A DNA stretch of 64,000 bases from NCBI GenBank assembly GCA_002633005.1, contig NMRA01000089.1, positions 604,714 to 668,713 of the forward strand, given 5' to 3'. The translations under genes were made by a program, and so were the position numbers. Shown here in pieces: positions 36,801 through 50,239 of this stretch (position 1 is the first letter of the stretch; every line of letters begins with the position of its first letter). Below the pieces are notes generated by a model that saw nothing but the letters and a program-made list of their open reading frames with translations, searched no databases and was not told the origin of the DNA. Source of the stretch: Phoronis australis. Lineage: Eukaryota; Animalia; Phoronida.

Positions 36801-39800
36801 AAGGAACATTTTTACAAGAAATGTGATTTTATAGGAACGAAGCAGAAAAGCGCGGAATCCAATTCTCTTGCTCCCAGCCGAACACTCTGCTGCTGCGTCT
36901 AACCCCACGCGTCAAATTGTATAGGATTTAAGCACATTTAAATAGTTAAGGTGACTGCCATGATTCCCCTATATGCCAACTGCGAGACTTGTTATGAAAT
37001 CGCAAAACACGACGACTTTTTGTTGTTTTATAAGTCTGGTCAAAACTATTAACTTCAAGAAATTTATCCCAACTAACGATAATCCAAAATTGTGTTTTCG
37101 GCCGAAAAACCGATAACACCCCGTTAATAACGATTGTAATGATATTTTATCAGCGAGGGTTAATTGGTTTCCACGAAGTCTGTTTACACCTTATTAAACC
37201 ACTAAACATTCCCTGCGATTAGACTCAAACTTTATTCACATTTCATTTCCATTAAAACTTCACATTGTTTGTTTCTGGAAATAAATTATCTTAATTAGCA
37301 ATTAGATTAATTGCATTGCAAGAGTGCGTGACAATTATGCGCGTTAATGTAGAACCATCCACACGGACCACAAAGTCATAAACGCGAAGCCAGGATTATA
37401 TATTATTTAAGAACCGCAACATTAAGCACAAAAATAAAAATTGTGTATGAATAGCAATTAAACACACCCGCAAAAGCATCCGCACGAACCGCTTGTTATC
37501 GATAACCAATGGGTCCTCACGCGATTTATCTGTGCTCGATTGCGATTCATGTGCACGGTTTTGTAGGTTTATGTGTATGACACATTGGTTTGTGCGCGTG
37601 ATTCAGTGGCTCGTGCTCATTATCATTTGTATCCTTGCATTGCAGTTTCATTATTCATCGGCCGCACTCTGGTTATATTTGCTTTAACAGATTTTGTTTC
37701 AATGTTTGTTTGTTTGGTAATCCATTCTGGTCTGTGGTCAAGGTATAACTTAGAAAAAAATAAAGAAGTCACGGAACTCAGAATATGAAGAGTATCGCGG
37801 AAACCTCACTGATTTCTGGTGAAATCAGACCGTCACAAGCTGTGACATACGTTTTAAGAACGTTACAAGATTGTTGAGGATTCACCGGCATGACGTCGCT
37901 TTTGAACTCGTGACCTCTGTTCAACAAAATGCTGAAAAGCGGAGACGTGCTCAACCCAGTGGGAACACAACTCAGTACAGTCCCCATTGTACTTTGTGAG
38001 TATGCACACATTGGCAAGCGCAACAGGAGTTCAGATTGGCTGACTGGACAAGTCGGAGGATTTCGTCTGCTGACATTTTCCAATGCATTATGGGAAGACT
38101 GCCAGCCCCTAAACATCTGGGCCCAGTTGCATAAATGAGATACGCTGCATAGCAACAATGACGTCGCATTGTCACCCGTCACGCTGTTATTGTTGAACAA
38201 TGCCCCTGACGTCCTGCAACAATCGAACTTATCCAGCGGATAATTTTGAAGTTTTATGCAACTAAGTCCTGATGATATCAGGTCTAAAGTCACGGTTGAG
38301 GCAAAAAATGAAAAACGAGGTGGGTCAGATTTAATGTCAATTTTGTGTAACGGAGTGATTGCCACGAATGATATTCACCGAGTATACTTCTATGAGGTTG
38401 TCGTCAGTACTGGAAATATACAAATTTGACCTCTGCTCTGTTCTACCCGGACCTGGAAGTCCCACCATTTTCGGAGCACTTCCTTGTTCAGCCCGAAATT
38501 TTGCTGTAGTTATAGGTACCCTTTTAATAAAAATTGAAAAACTGTCGTATGTTTCTGAAATCCATTTTGTAAGAACATTACATTTTTGTCTCCGTTCGAG
38601 GACTGAGGTAGTCGTGAATTTTTGATTTTAGAGAGAAAAATGACAAAATAAAGCGGAACATTTTTATGGCATCTCATCTCACCAGTGGATTTATCAAAGC
38701 AAAAAGACATGCTCTTTTGAATTTCTTCATCTTTGAGAACCCCATCGGAGTGTGCTTTCTTTAAGTCATGCAAGTGTTTTCAGACAGGGTGGAAACTCAG
38801 ATTTTTGTCAACCAGATCAGTATTATCAAACACTCAAACTGTAGTCTTTGTTTTCACAGATAACTTGAAAAACAACCCGCATCAATGTCAAAGTCAAGCA
38901 AACGAGACAACGATTTTGGAAAATATAACATCAAATAAAAGGTGTTGAATTTCACAAAATGTAGCATCGTCTGTGAAATTGAATATCACAAAGTGACAGG
39001 AACAACATTTTCAGATCTGAATGATCCTATTTCTCTATCCCCGTGTTCCGAACGAGATTCCCTCTAGCACATGACATGAGCAATCGCCATGAGCATCTAG
39101 ACAGATCAAAATTATAGTCGACGAATGATAAAAGAAAGACGAAAGAGAGGCTGACTGAAAATGACATGGGAGAACAACGCCCTAGTGAGTATGCTAGATA
39201 TAGGCTTGACACCAACAGTGACGCATCATGACAGAAAGCAGTCACTGGTCTCCATGTCACATGTGTCCCCAACTGTGCATTTCCTGTGCCGCCGTCAACT
39301 ACATCAAGGAAAGTGCTATGGAAACCACACAACATCGAAGGCATTTTCATTTACGCTGTCAAAGGAAACAAATAAGGGTTCAATCCGAAGAGGCGTTTGA
39401 GAAGTAGGTACCCACCCTTTGGTCGAAAAACAATCTTGAGCTTTTCTAGGAATACACCGAATGAAAAAAGTGGGCAGTAATAGACTGAATGGAGAAGTAA
39501 TCAAGAGTTTCATCAATTACGTATTATTTTTCAATCTTTTATGTCAACTATAATTTTGTTATACCTTACGCGCATGACTGAATGCCACAAATCGCCCAAA
39601 TGAAAAGCACATACGCTCAATTACTAAGCATGTGTTATTCTACAAAGTAAACACCAACGTGTGTTATATTACGCATTTTAATTATTACGTCGTAGCAATG
39701 TGGGTACTTATAACTATATGTTAATTGGACTTCACTTTTGGATTTTTATAAAGCCGCTTTCTCTCCGTAGGCTCTTGAAATTGAACAGTTGTTCGCGCCA

Positions 39801-41686
39801 GCAAATCAATTTTCAAAAATCACATATAGAAGATTTTCTGACTGTCTACAGACAGTAGTATTCATTGTCAACTTATCCCGGTGTAAAATGACTCAAGGTC
39901 TTTGTTAAGTCAATGCCCACTCTGCATATATCTGAGTGGAGAATCCGAGCATTCACAAAACGACGGGCATTTGTGTTTTTTTTAAGGTTATATATTTATT
40001 TATTGAAGAATACACAGAACATACAAGAAAATAATGACAAACCCAGAAATCGCGAAGCATTATATCTGGGTTGTAGACATTTCATAGATGAAAGTAGTAA
40101 ACATAGATATACATGTAAGTAGTATCTAATATTCAAATATTAAGAAATGCTATTATGAAAATATTAAAAACAAGAACACGTACAGATATGGAAATCAGGG
40201 TCCTTTGTGTTGGTAATCAAATGCATACAGCTGGGATCCCGGGTCCTGCGCTTTCCCGTCTGCTACACTAGCGATTTATAGATACCGGCAGGAGACTCCG
40301 GCGATTAAGCAAAAACAAAGACTGCGACAGATAAAACTTAGACGACAACAACATTTGCACTTCGACGGAAATACTTTATGTACGTAGCACCAGTAGCACA
40401 GAGTCTTCAAGTTTCAATTACAAAAAGTTAAGAACACTACATCGTTAGAGTATTAAAATGCGTACCTTACTTTGCCAGATCCTTGCTGCACTGTTTTTAG
40501 ATATCCAATGCAGGGCATGAAGAGAAATCGAAATTTTATAGGCAACTGTTGCCAAGTTGGTTGAGCGCAGACAACCTACTGTTCTCATTTGGAAAACTGA
40601 CCAATCATCACGCCTCTTCAACCTACGCGCGGTTTCAATTCGCCTAACAGAAATAACCATGGGGAGAACTTATAATTCCAACCGAAATCTGATCAGTTGT
40701 AGAAGATGAATTAACAATGACTGCGGTGCTGTCCTAGAACATGTTGTAACTTTATGGTGAAATTAAGAGAGTGATTTTGTAACCAAAACAAGATTATCAC
40801 GCCTTTAAGCATTCGTGACAGTTACAAATTCTTGGGCTTCCGCTGCGGTAACCGAATTCCCAATGGGAATTAAATCCGTTCTTCCTTATTGAAAGTAAAA
40901 ATCATTACGTTGTGGTTTCCAGCCTGGATCTTTACTGATGTGGGAAAAGAAATTGACTTTTTGAGTCGATTTTATAGAAACTGGACATTACGCCTAGTCG
41001 AGTTATGCCCACTCGCAAAAGCACTGGAAACTATACAACCTTTAATGAGAAACCGCTCTTTCATACCAGCACGTTTTTTGTATCTTTATGAATTATTTAT
41101 CAGTTTTTTTGATATGTTAGCAAGTCGCACTGATATGTGCGTCGATTGTGTACAACTGACGGATTGTGTTAAACGAGATTGCTAGTTTTACAGTAGACAG
41201 GAGCAACCACGAGCGTTGGCATTTGACAACCGTGTGGATCGAAAACGATAAGATGTAAGCAAGACAATTTTCTAAATCTGCATTTCGCCCTGGCTGTTTA
41301 GCTGCATAAATGCATTTAAATATCTACTCTAAATTAGATGCATATGGAACGATCCCGAAGACGATATCTAGTGAAATCCAGAGCCGTTCCAGTGGGTCGT
41401 TCATCGACCACACTTTTTATTTGGGTAAAGTAGGAACAAACTCTAGAAACGATGTTTTCAGAACAGAGGTAGTAAATTATGGAATTGCCCTAATCCTCAA
41501 ATTAAACTTTGTAACATGTTATACCAGTTCCAAGCCCGTGTACAGGCGTGTTGATAGTATAAATATCAGCAATGTATTATTTTGACTACTATTTACACAC
41601 AAGAATATATTTCTTTGAAATGTCAATGCATTAAGTTTGGATGCACATTGTTATAAATGAGTTTATATTTAGTACCAATAAAGCTT

Positions 41687-41723
<37 letters not shown>

Positions 41724-41990
41724 ATTGTTGTTGCTGCTGCTGCTAATGCTGTTGCTGCTGTAGCTGCTGCTACTGCTAATGCTGCTGCTGTTATTGCTGC
41801 TGCTGCTAATGCTGCTGCTGTTGCTGTTGTTGCTGCTACTGCTGCTAATGTTGCTGCTGCTACTATTACTACTTTTTCTTATTAGTACTATTACTCTATT
41901 ACTACAGCAACTGCCGCCACTAGTACTTATATTATTATTATTGCGGCAACTACTTTTAATTCTACTACTATCACCACCACCACTACAACT
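41687..41990. repeat. Compound trinucleotide microsatellite (CTA/CTG/TTG)n
   Basis: Directly visible; follows AATAAA, so possibly an expanded LINE tail. Confidence 0.95.
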
Positions 41991-42899
41991 TCATATGAAC
42001 AGGATTTTTTGTTTCTTATGTCATTGCACCGTCATCGTCTGTTCACTTTGTTTACATGGTCACGTTTTATACCTGCTGCAGTCTGTGATTGGTCAAATCA
42101 CGAATGGCGTCATGATTGAAAAGTGATTTTCCGGGACTAGCCGATCAGCATCACCTAATAACAGAAGTTATCATAATGCGTTACATGCAAAAACAGGAGA
42201 GCAGTGTGGTCGTGTATGAAATATAATTTCATAAACTCTTCAAATTCGATTATCAATCCATTTGGGCAGAATTATCTGACTTTCACTTGGTTGTTCATTT
42301 CATCATGACAATTTAATCCAAACAATGTCTTTCTCTTTTTGTATCTTTATTGCTGAAATAAATCGCCACGCGTTCTTCAGAATCTGTATATGTTCTGAAT
42401 TGTCCAGCAGCCGGTAAACATAGTAAGAATTTTGGTGGACTAGTTTGGCGAGAGGGAGTCTACCACTTCGTGTTCAATAGTCTGAAAGTTGAAAGACAAA
42501 ACTCGGATCTTGATTTCTTTTTTTGTATGCATTATGCAGCTTAACATTACTAGCCACCCGCGGTTAAGAACTAGCTTTAGTACAACGACAAGCCAACGTA
42601 TCCATTTGTGGGAAAATCTATAAAGCTGGTGTTAACAATAAAAAAATCCCTAGAGAAAAAAGTGATGTATAGATTTGATAATTGTCCACTGTGACACTTC
42701 AGAGGAGTAAATCTCATTATTTTAAACACTTACCAGGTATCAGTACATTTTTTTTCAATTTAGATCTAATGGTTACTACGATAGAGCTTCGTTGTCCGTC
42801 TTGGATTGCTACACGAAGTTATACAGTACACCTCGCACAGTTGAATTTCATTTTACTTGTAATTCGAAAAAGTGCTCCATTCTTTACATTGGTAGTGAA

Positions 42900-43143
42900 A
42901 ACGTCGTTCACTAAGTGTCATGTAGCGATAACTTTGAACCATGAACTACGCAAGGGCCGTCCCGGATTACTCATCATTGTCTCGGAGTTGGGAAAGCGCG
43001 TGACCTCGTTTTGGACATCAGGAACATTTCTCTCATTGATGTCGGGAAGACGAAGAATTTCAGACCGGGTGTTTGTCCAGTTTATCAAACTTTCTCACGT
43101 TAGAGTTGCAGCCCACAGCTCAGCGATAACACGTCGTTGGCAT
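42900..43143 (-). pseudogene. Decayed THAP-domain remnant, probably transposon-derived
   Basis: MPTTCY..AVGCNSN..K then KFFVFPT after a frameshift. Confidence 0.4.
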
Positions 43144-44837
43144 TGGAAGGACGAATAGAGTAATACAGCCAAGAAAAACTTGAATCAGACAACGACCAAT
43201 AACATGTGAAACTTCATTGGCACGAAAACGAGGTAACTAATGTGCCTGGCATTGTCGGTTATATACAGCGAGATTCGAGAGTCGCTGTGTAATCCAGGAC
43301 TGCTCAAATTGATTGGATGGAAAGTTTTAACACTTAAATATAACAATGGAAAGTTTTAACCTTTCTCATTTCAGGGCTTGAACTTCTCAAAATTAAATCA
43401 AGTACTCGACACTCGCTATTTTGTGAAGCGGGGTGTTCCAATGAAATAGTCGCATGATATTACCTCTAAATATGGCTCAAAATGACTCACGTTAAAACTA
43501 CAATCAAGCACATTTCGGTAAAAATAGAATGTACAATGAACGCTTAGTAGGATATTTTTACATAAACCTCATTTTCAAAGCCTACGACAAATATTAGACT
43601 TTCTAGAAACTTCAATCTCGCTTTAATCATGTAGATAGCGATGGATAACACAAATACAGATTTTGGATTTCCTGAATCAATGGATATTCCTTTTCACCTG
43701 TCGTTGTCGCGACGGAAAATACCGCGCTCACAGTGCGGTTAGTGGTATTGCGTGTTTTCGAGAGCAAATATTTTAATTGCAAACTTCGATTGTTTTACTG
43801 CAGTTGAACTTGGCAATTGCAAAGCTGTTGACTAGGATTTTCCGGATGTATGGTGTCGGAATTTACTTAGCTAATCAAACTTTACTGTTTTCCGATTCTT
43901 GTAATTGTTGACAGCAGTGACCATCGTCATTTCTACTGGGTACAATCTGCATGTTTCATTTGTTTCCGGAATGACTGTTCATGTTAAAAAAGTTCAATAC
44001 AAAGTTGTGCAACATCTTTTGCTGCCAAAACTACACGAAGATTCGAAAAACTACACTCAAGTTAGAACTTACGGAGTAACTTTTACTTTAAAAACACGGC
44101 ACGTGAACCAGAAATGCGTATACCTGGTTAAATTTATTTTATATCTTTGTTGCGCGGAGGGCAAATAGCACGAACAGGCCTCATTCCAACGAAAACTGAA
44201 CAAACGTGGCATATCACCATTGCTGCTATCCATTATGGTATTGATTACGCAGGCAGGACGAGAAAAGGTGCTTATTTATTGATGCCTATGCGTTTCTTAC
44301 GCAACAGAAGTGAGAACAATCATCTCTCACTTGGTAAACATTTCGTGAAAGGGCCATCCAGTCCGTAAACTGAAGACGCACGCAAAGCCGGGAAATTAAT
44401 GTTAGAAATCCGTAATGACATCATTTAAATAGAATGTCTCAAGTTGGGGGAAATTATCGAGAGGTATCGAACAGCAAGCACCAACTATCTTGATTGACGT
44501 GCTGCTCATGAACAGTTCCTTCTCGATGTATGTGTCTACAGTTGCATTAATACCAGCTGGTGTTAAAATTGACGTAGGGGAAATGATCTCACTTCATTTG
44601 GCGGCACGCCAGATTATCCTTCCCCTGGTATGAGTAAAGGCCCAATGCATCTCCCACCATGGTCGTAGGTTCCTCAAATTAAAGTAGGGTGTTTTCAGAG
44701 CTTTTAACAAAGAAACAAGTAAAAATTGAATATTAAAAATTTGTGTTACACCATGAAGAAATGTCTGGAATTCCCGCAGCGTGGCATATAAATTCATGTT
44801 TGAGTTGAATACGGGATAAAATTGATCTTCGCTACAC

Positions 44838-45663
44838 TGTCCAGATGAAATTGACCTATCGCAAGCTCCGCCCCCTTGCGTAATGTCGACTAACAAACAG
44901 TCAGTTTTAACCGGCAACGTGTTGTTTTTTCGGGTAAAATGGCGGCTTGGAAACAAAGGTGTGTCAATAATGATGCGTTCTAAATGGTCAGTTAAGCCGT
45001 CACTCAAAATCCTGGCAAGAGGTCAATTGACATATAAGAAGTCGTAAAGTGATATCGCGTAATTTTACACTGAAATCATTCTACTCAAACTAGGACATTT
45101 GGCAAAAACCTCCAACATTTCGAGTTTGCATTAACAATAGCACGCGTCTTAGTACTGCGTCTTGTAACATTGGGTCCAAATGAACGTCCTGAAGACCTAC
45201 TCGATGGAATAACTGCATACTTGGGTAGCTTCCTTACCGTTGTTTGCACCGTACGCTTTCGACATCGATGAAGACATGACTCGCTATCTCGAGAATACTG
45301 TTGCCATGAACCCAGGTCTACCCCAATTTGTTAAAAGAAATGACGACGAGTTGCGCAACACGTCCCTCGCCTCTATTTGACCGAATTTTCCCAAGCTAAG
45401 ACTCACTAGCCGGGGACCACTTATGTATCGAGGACACAATTTCCATAGACAAAATCAGCCCTAAGGCAGACATCCTTCACCGCCGCTGGACCCATCGTGC
45501 ATCTTATGTACCATTACATAGGAATATAGTCTAAGTGTCTGTTTGGCTTGCCGGGTGACAAACGCGTCTTTCTAAAGGCACGATCTACCGAGGTAGACGA
45601 TGAAACCCAAGGTGCGGGCCCTACAAGACACTGCGCTGTCCCGACTATATTGTCGCGTTCCGC
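44838..45663 (+). mobile_element. Duplicate (allelic) copy of the Gypsy gag portion
   Basis: Near-identical to 46274-47073. Confidence 0.65.
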
Positions 45664-46270
45664 NGGGTGTTTTCAGAGCTTTTAACAAAGAAACAAGTAA
45701 ACTTAAAAATTGAATATTAAAAATTTGTGTTACACCATGAAGAAATGTCTGGAATTCCCGCAGCGTGGCATATAAATTCATGTTTGAGTTGAATACGGGA
45801 TAAAATTGATCTTCGCTACACTTTCGGAAAGATATGAACGATTCCATAAACTCGAGTTGCGGTCTTGACCAGATCAGTCAGCGACCAGGGAACCAAACTC
45901 AGCATGGGGACTGAAGGCCGTTAATGCTAATATTGTATTTGCATTAGTGAACATCACACGACTTATTATATCCCAGAAATAATAATTATAAACTCAACCA
46001 CATATGAAGTTCTGGTTCACGCGCCATTCATTGTGTTTGCTTTGTTGGCTGGCGTGGTGGCAAGCACCGAAGCAGTGGACGCTCAAAAAAGCGGGGGACT
46101 ATCGCCTCATTTCAAGACTGGAGATATAGTTTATTTCTACTTCCTCTCAATAGACCTCAAGTTCGCGCCACTTTTCGTGGACGGCGTCACTTGGCAACAG
46201 AAAAACCATCGCAACTCCAATACACGGTCAGGCCGACGATCCCCGTGCCACCCCTGAGCCGCAATGGGGT

Positions 46271-48790
46271 ACTGTCCAGATGAAATTGACCTATCGCAAG
46301 CTCCGCCCCCTTGCGTAATGTCGACTAACAGTCAGTTTTTCGGGTAAAATGGCGGCTTGGAAACGAAGGTGTGTCAATAATGATGCGTTCTAAATGGTCA
46401 GTTAAGCCGTCACTCAAAATCCTGGCGAGAGGTCAATTGACATATAAGAAGTCGTAAAGTGATATCGCGTAATTTTACTCTGAAATCATTCTACTCAAAC
46501 TAGGACATTTGGCAAAAAACCCCAACATTTTGAGTTTGCATTAACAATAGCACGCGTCTTAGTACTGCATCTTGTAACATTGGGTCCAAATGAACGTCCT
46601 GAAGACCTACTCGATGGAATAACTGCATACTTGGGTAGCTTCCTTACCGTTTATTGCAGCGTACGCTTTCGACATCGATGAAGACATGACTCGCTATCTC
46701 GAGAATACTGTTGCCATGAACCCAGGTCTACCCCAATTTGCTAAAAGAAATGACTACGAGTTGCGCAACACGTCCCTCGCCTCTATTTGATCGAATTTTC
46801 CCAAGCTAAGACTCACTAGCCGGGGACCAGTTATGTATCGAGGACACGATTTCCATAGACAAAATCAGCCCTAAGGCAGACATCCTTCACCGCCGCCGGA
46901 CCCATCGTGCATCTTATGTACCATTACATAGGAATATAGTCTAAGTGTCTGTTTGGCTTGCCGGGTGACAAACGCGTCTTTCTAAAGGCACGATCTACCG
47001 AGGTAGACGATGAAACCCAAGGTGCGGGCCCTACAAGACACTGCGCTGTCCCGACTCCATTGTCGCGTTCCGCGTGGTAGCATGTAGCCCAGTTTCGACA
47101 TCTCAACAAGTTTGTTGAACTTGAACTAACCCCCGTGCGTTTGACCTTTGATTGTGATGCGACAGGAAACGTGATTAGCGTTGCGCGTGCTCGCTCTCTG
47201 GATGCAAAAAAATCCTTTATCGCCTTCCAAGCCAATACAGCATGTACGTCTGGCCTAGTAAGTATAAAACTCGCCTTGTCTTCACACTTGACAAGCATTA
47301 TTCAGACTCTGGACGTTTACGTATTGGAAGACACTCCATTTTTGGCTTACAGTAACATTTTTGCACGGCCCACTCACAAGGTTGTCACACTGGACGACAG
47401 ATATACACATACGTATGGTCAAGCAGTCGACATATCCCCCACAAACCGCAGCCCAACTATAGGCTATAGTATAGCCCGTGCAACACTTCACGTGAGAGCC
47501 ACATGGCCAAATCAGGCACCGACAGCAGCCTACTGCTTACTACATGTGATTCCCAGCTGTGGCCAGAACACACCATTCTCGAGCGGACTGATGGCAAGAG
47601 CCCTTTGTTCCGCAACACCGACGTTAGCGGCGGATTTGGGGGGATTGGCCAAGGGAGCCATGCCCCCCCTAAAATTCTCCCAGATGCCATTTGGGAGTTC
47701 GGGGTGCGAATTGCTGAGTAGCATATGCGCACACCCAGAGGGTTCGGGGCGAATGCATAATGCGTAAGCCTTGAACAAACCCCGTGTACCGTCCTTTTTG
47801 TTTTTGTTTTTTTAGTAATAAGGTAAACAAACCCAAAAATTCGAGACCCCTGCATCCCTACAGTTTAGGATGGGCGCGCGCTTGTGGCGAAATTCTGGTT
47901 ATTCCTGTGCCCTGCTCCCCCCCTAACTCAAAATTCTGGATCCGCCCCTGGACGTATCATGATTTTTTGGCGAAAAGAGGGACAGTTTGGCACTTACACG
48001 CAGTAGTTATGCTTCCAGGTTCAAGATCCCACTTGTACCTGTCAATTCTACCTGTTCTAAATCATAATTAGTTTTGTGGCCTTCAATCTCGAAAACATTT
48101 TGCTTGCTACAGACCGAGGCAATTTCTGAGATCTTTATCTTGAATCCCTCCCCTAACCCTACAACCAGTACTTTCATGACGTAGGACAACAACGCAAAAG
48201 ATTAAACGGGCTGGAGCTGCTAGGGGTATTCGTCCGTCCAGAAGCTGTTCGTTATAGCGAAACGGTATCTCAATCCTTCGTGTTTAGTCAAGGCAGTTTT
48301 TGTTTAGTTACAGCACTCGCAGCCGTCGGTCGGCACGCAAAGTCCCAGTCTTCTCTCATATTTGACGAAGATCTTTCAATAGAAGTTCATCGTCAACTAG
48401 GATCTTACGATTGCTTTCTATTAAATGGTCGTCACACGGTTTTCCCTACCGATCCAGCCCTGAAGCTCTCCAAAACGTAATTTTTTCGAAAACCAACGCA
48501 TTTCAGTTGAAATAGGGCGGTTCAGGAATCCTAACCATAACCCCGCTGAAGACAAGGTCACACAAAAGTTGTCACAGGGTGACTACGTGACCAGCTAAGT
48601 ACTATCAATGTCACCCTCTTACAACTGAGAGCTGCTGTTGCTCGACTGAACAGCAGGCTATGCTCTACCGCTTTATCTGCCACAGAAGTTTCATTTCAGT
48701 CGGACCAATTGGCAGATACCTGTATATGACAGCTTAACGATCACTTCCCAACATCTACGCATCTCGAATATCTGTCGGAAAACAATAATA
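46271..48790 (+). mobile_element. Degraded Gypsy-type LTR retrotransposon (gag, protease, RT start), interrupted by a MITE
   Basis: gag-like ENTVAMNPGLPQFAKRNDYELRNTSLASI; zinc-knuckle remnant CILC; protease-like VRLTFDCDATGNVIS; RT-like LELLGVFVRPE, YLNPSCLVK, GSFCLVTALAAVGRHAKSQ; many stops and frameshifts. Confidence 0.75.
47625..47950. mobile_element. hAT-type MITE, 5-bp TSD GACGT, inserted in the Gypsy relic
   Basis: TAGCGGCGGATTT...GGATCCGCCCCTG flanked by GACGT on both sides. Confidence 0.8.
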
Positions 48791-48870
48791 TTTTTGTTGT
48801 TAGCCTGTTTTGTGACCTGGTAACCCCACAATCACAGCTGTTACAGATTACTTACTGTCCAGCATGGACG

Positions 48871-49146
48871 CATAGGCGTATTTAGAGGGGGGGGGGGCAG
48901 GGAGCCCGGGCCCCCCCCTAGGCTGAAAAATAAACAGCAGCAACAGCGTGAAGAGAGGGGGGCAGAGCGCAGCGGAATCGTGTTCCCGTTTTTTTGTTTT
49001 AGTGCTCCGGCAGAATTTGGCAACACCAGGTCCTCATCGCCAGCCCCCGCAACTTTCGGGCCGCCTGTGCATACAATCGCGCTTTGCCCAATTCTCCGAG
49101 GCAACATCTTGGCCCCCTCCCTTATGGTTTCCTAGATCCGCCACTG
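48871..49146. mobile_element. hAT-type MITE with 6-bp TSD TGGACG
   Basis: CATAGGCGTATTTAG...CTAGATCCGCCACTG flanked by TGGACG on both sides. Confidence 0.8.
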
Positions 49147-50239
49147 TGGACGAGATACACCTTGCTGGTGAAGACCTGGAAAATGCCTTTGACACGATAC
49201 ATCGTAACTGTTTTTTGAAATAAACTATTTCTATGGCATCAAAGTTGTGTGGAGGGGGGTTTGGTTCAGGTAACATCTTGCAAATACAACTTAGTGAACG
49301 TATGTTTGCAGCCACAGTTCAGATTTCTTAACTGTCGACTCAAGCTACTTGATATGCAATCCGATTTAAACTCGGGCTCTCCCTCGTTTAAATCGCCTTC
49401 TATACCACGTATCTCGATATAATTACCCACAGTTATCATCACGTACGTTATACAATAGCTATGCGGCATAAATACGTGATGACACCTCGCTCCACTCTGT
49501 GCACAGATGCCGAATTTCGGCGTTAAAATTGTACACTTTGGTTATTTTGTGCGTGTATTTCAATACAGGGATACCCACGACAGTTTGTTCTATTAAACAC
49601 GACAAATAAGTTAATGGCAAGTCCATTAATTTAATCAATAATAACCCAAGTACATCTGAGTAAAAAGTAAATTCCACCTGAACACAACACTGATTGTTTA
49701 TAATTGTTATTCTGCTACTCACAAGTGTTAAAGCCATATAACCATTAACATTTCGAGTTTATTAATTATTCATATGTAAATGAGACTACCGACGCAAATC
49801 ACGATAAATGATAATCGAGTTCCTTCCACTGAGATTCGTTGAGATACAAACACATAAAAAATTATTGGAAACGTTAAAATGATTATTTGAAAATGATCCC
49901 AATACGGAAATTGTCACGCGTTTTGGGCTTTAAAATGTTACACTTGGGAATTGCGTTGTTTTACCGACCAATAAGCTTAGCGCCGCACGGTGTGTCGTGT
50001 ACGCATTCAGAAAAGTCGAGTGTTCCCTGGTGATGGGAGGAACAAAGCAATTAGAGCTGTGTTAACACGTGACATTGTGAACACTATCAGGTTTTGGATA
50101 CCAACAAAACCGGAAGTGATACTCGTACATTTTAACAGCTGTGTCAATATATGACACTGTGATCACTTTCGGTTTTTGGGAAACAAACAAAACCGGAAGT
50201 GATACACAAATTCTTAAAAATATTAAATTTTGTAATTTC

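Noticed and set aside
40150-41600. Possible ancient LINE relics here and at about 35600-36250 and 59800-60900
   Set aside because: Only faint motif traces; boundaries and class cannot be supported
41779-42126. Poly-Leu ORF
   Set aside because: Translation of a trinucleotide microsatellite
47260-47330. HLTSIIQTLDV resembling the pogo HxTxxLQPLD motif
   Set aside because: Context (gag, D-x-A-T-G protease-like site, RT) fits a Gypsy protease better
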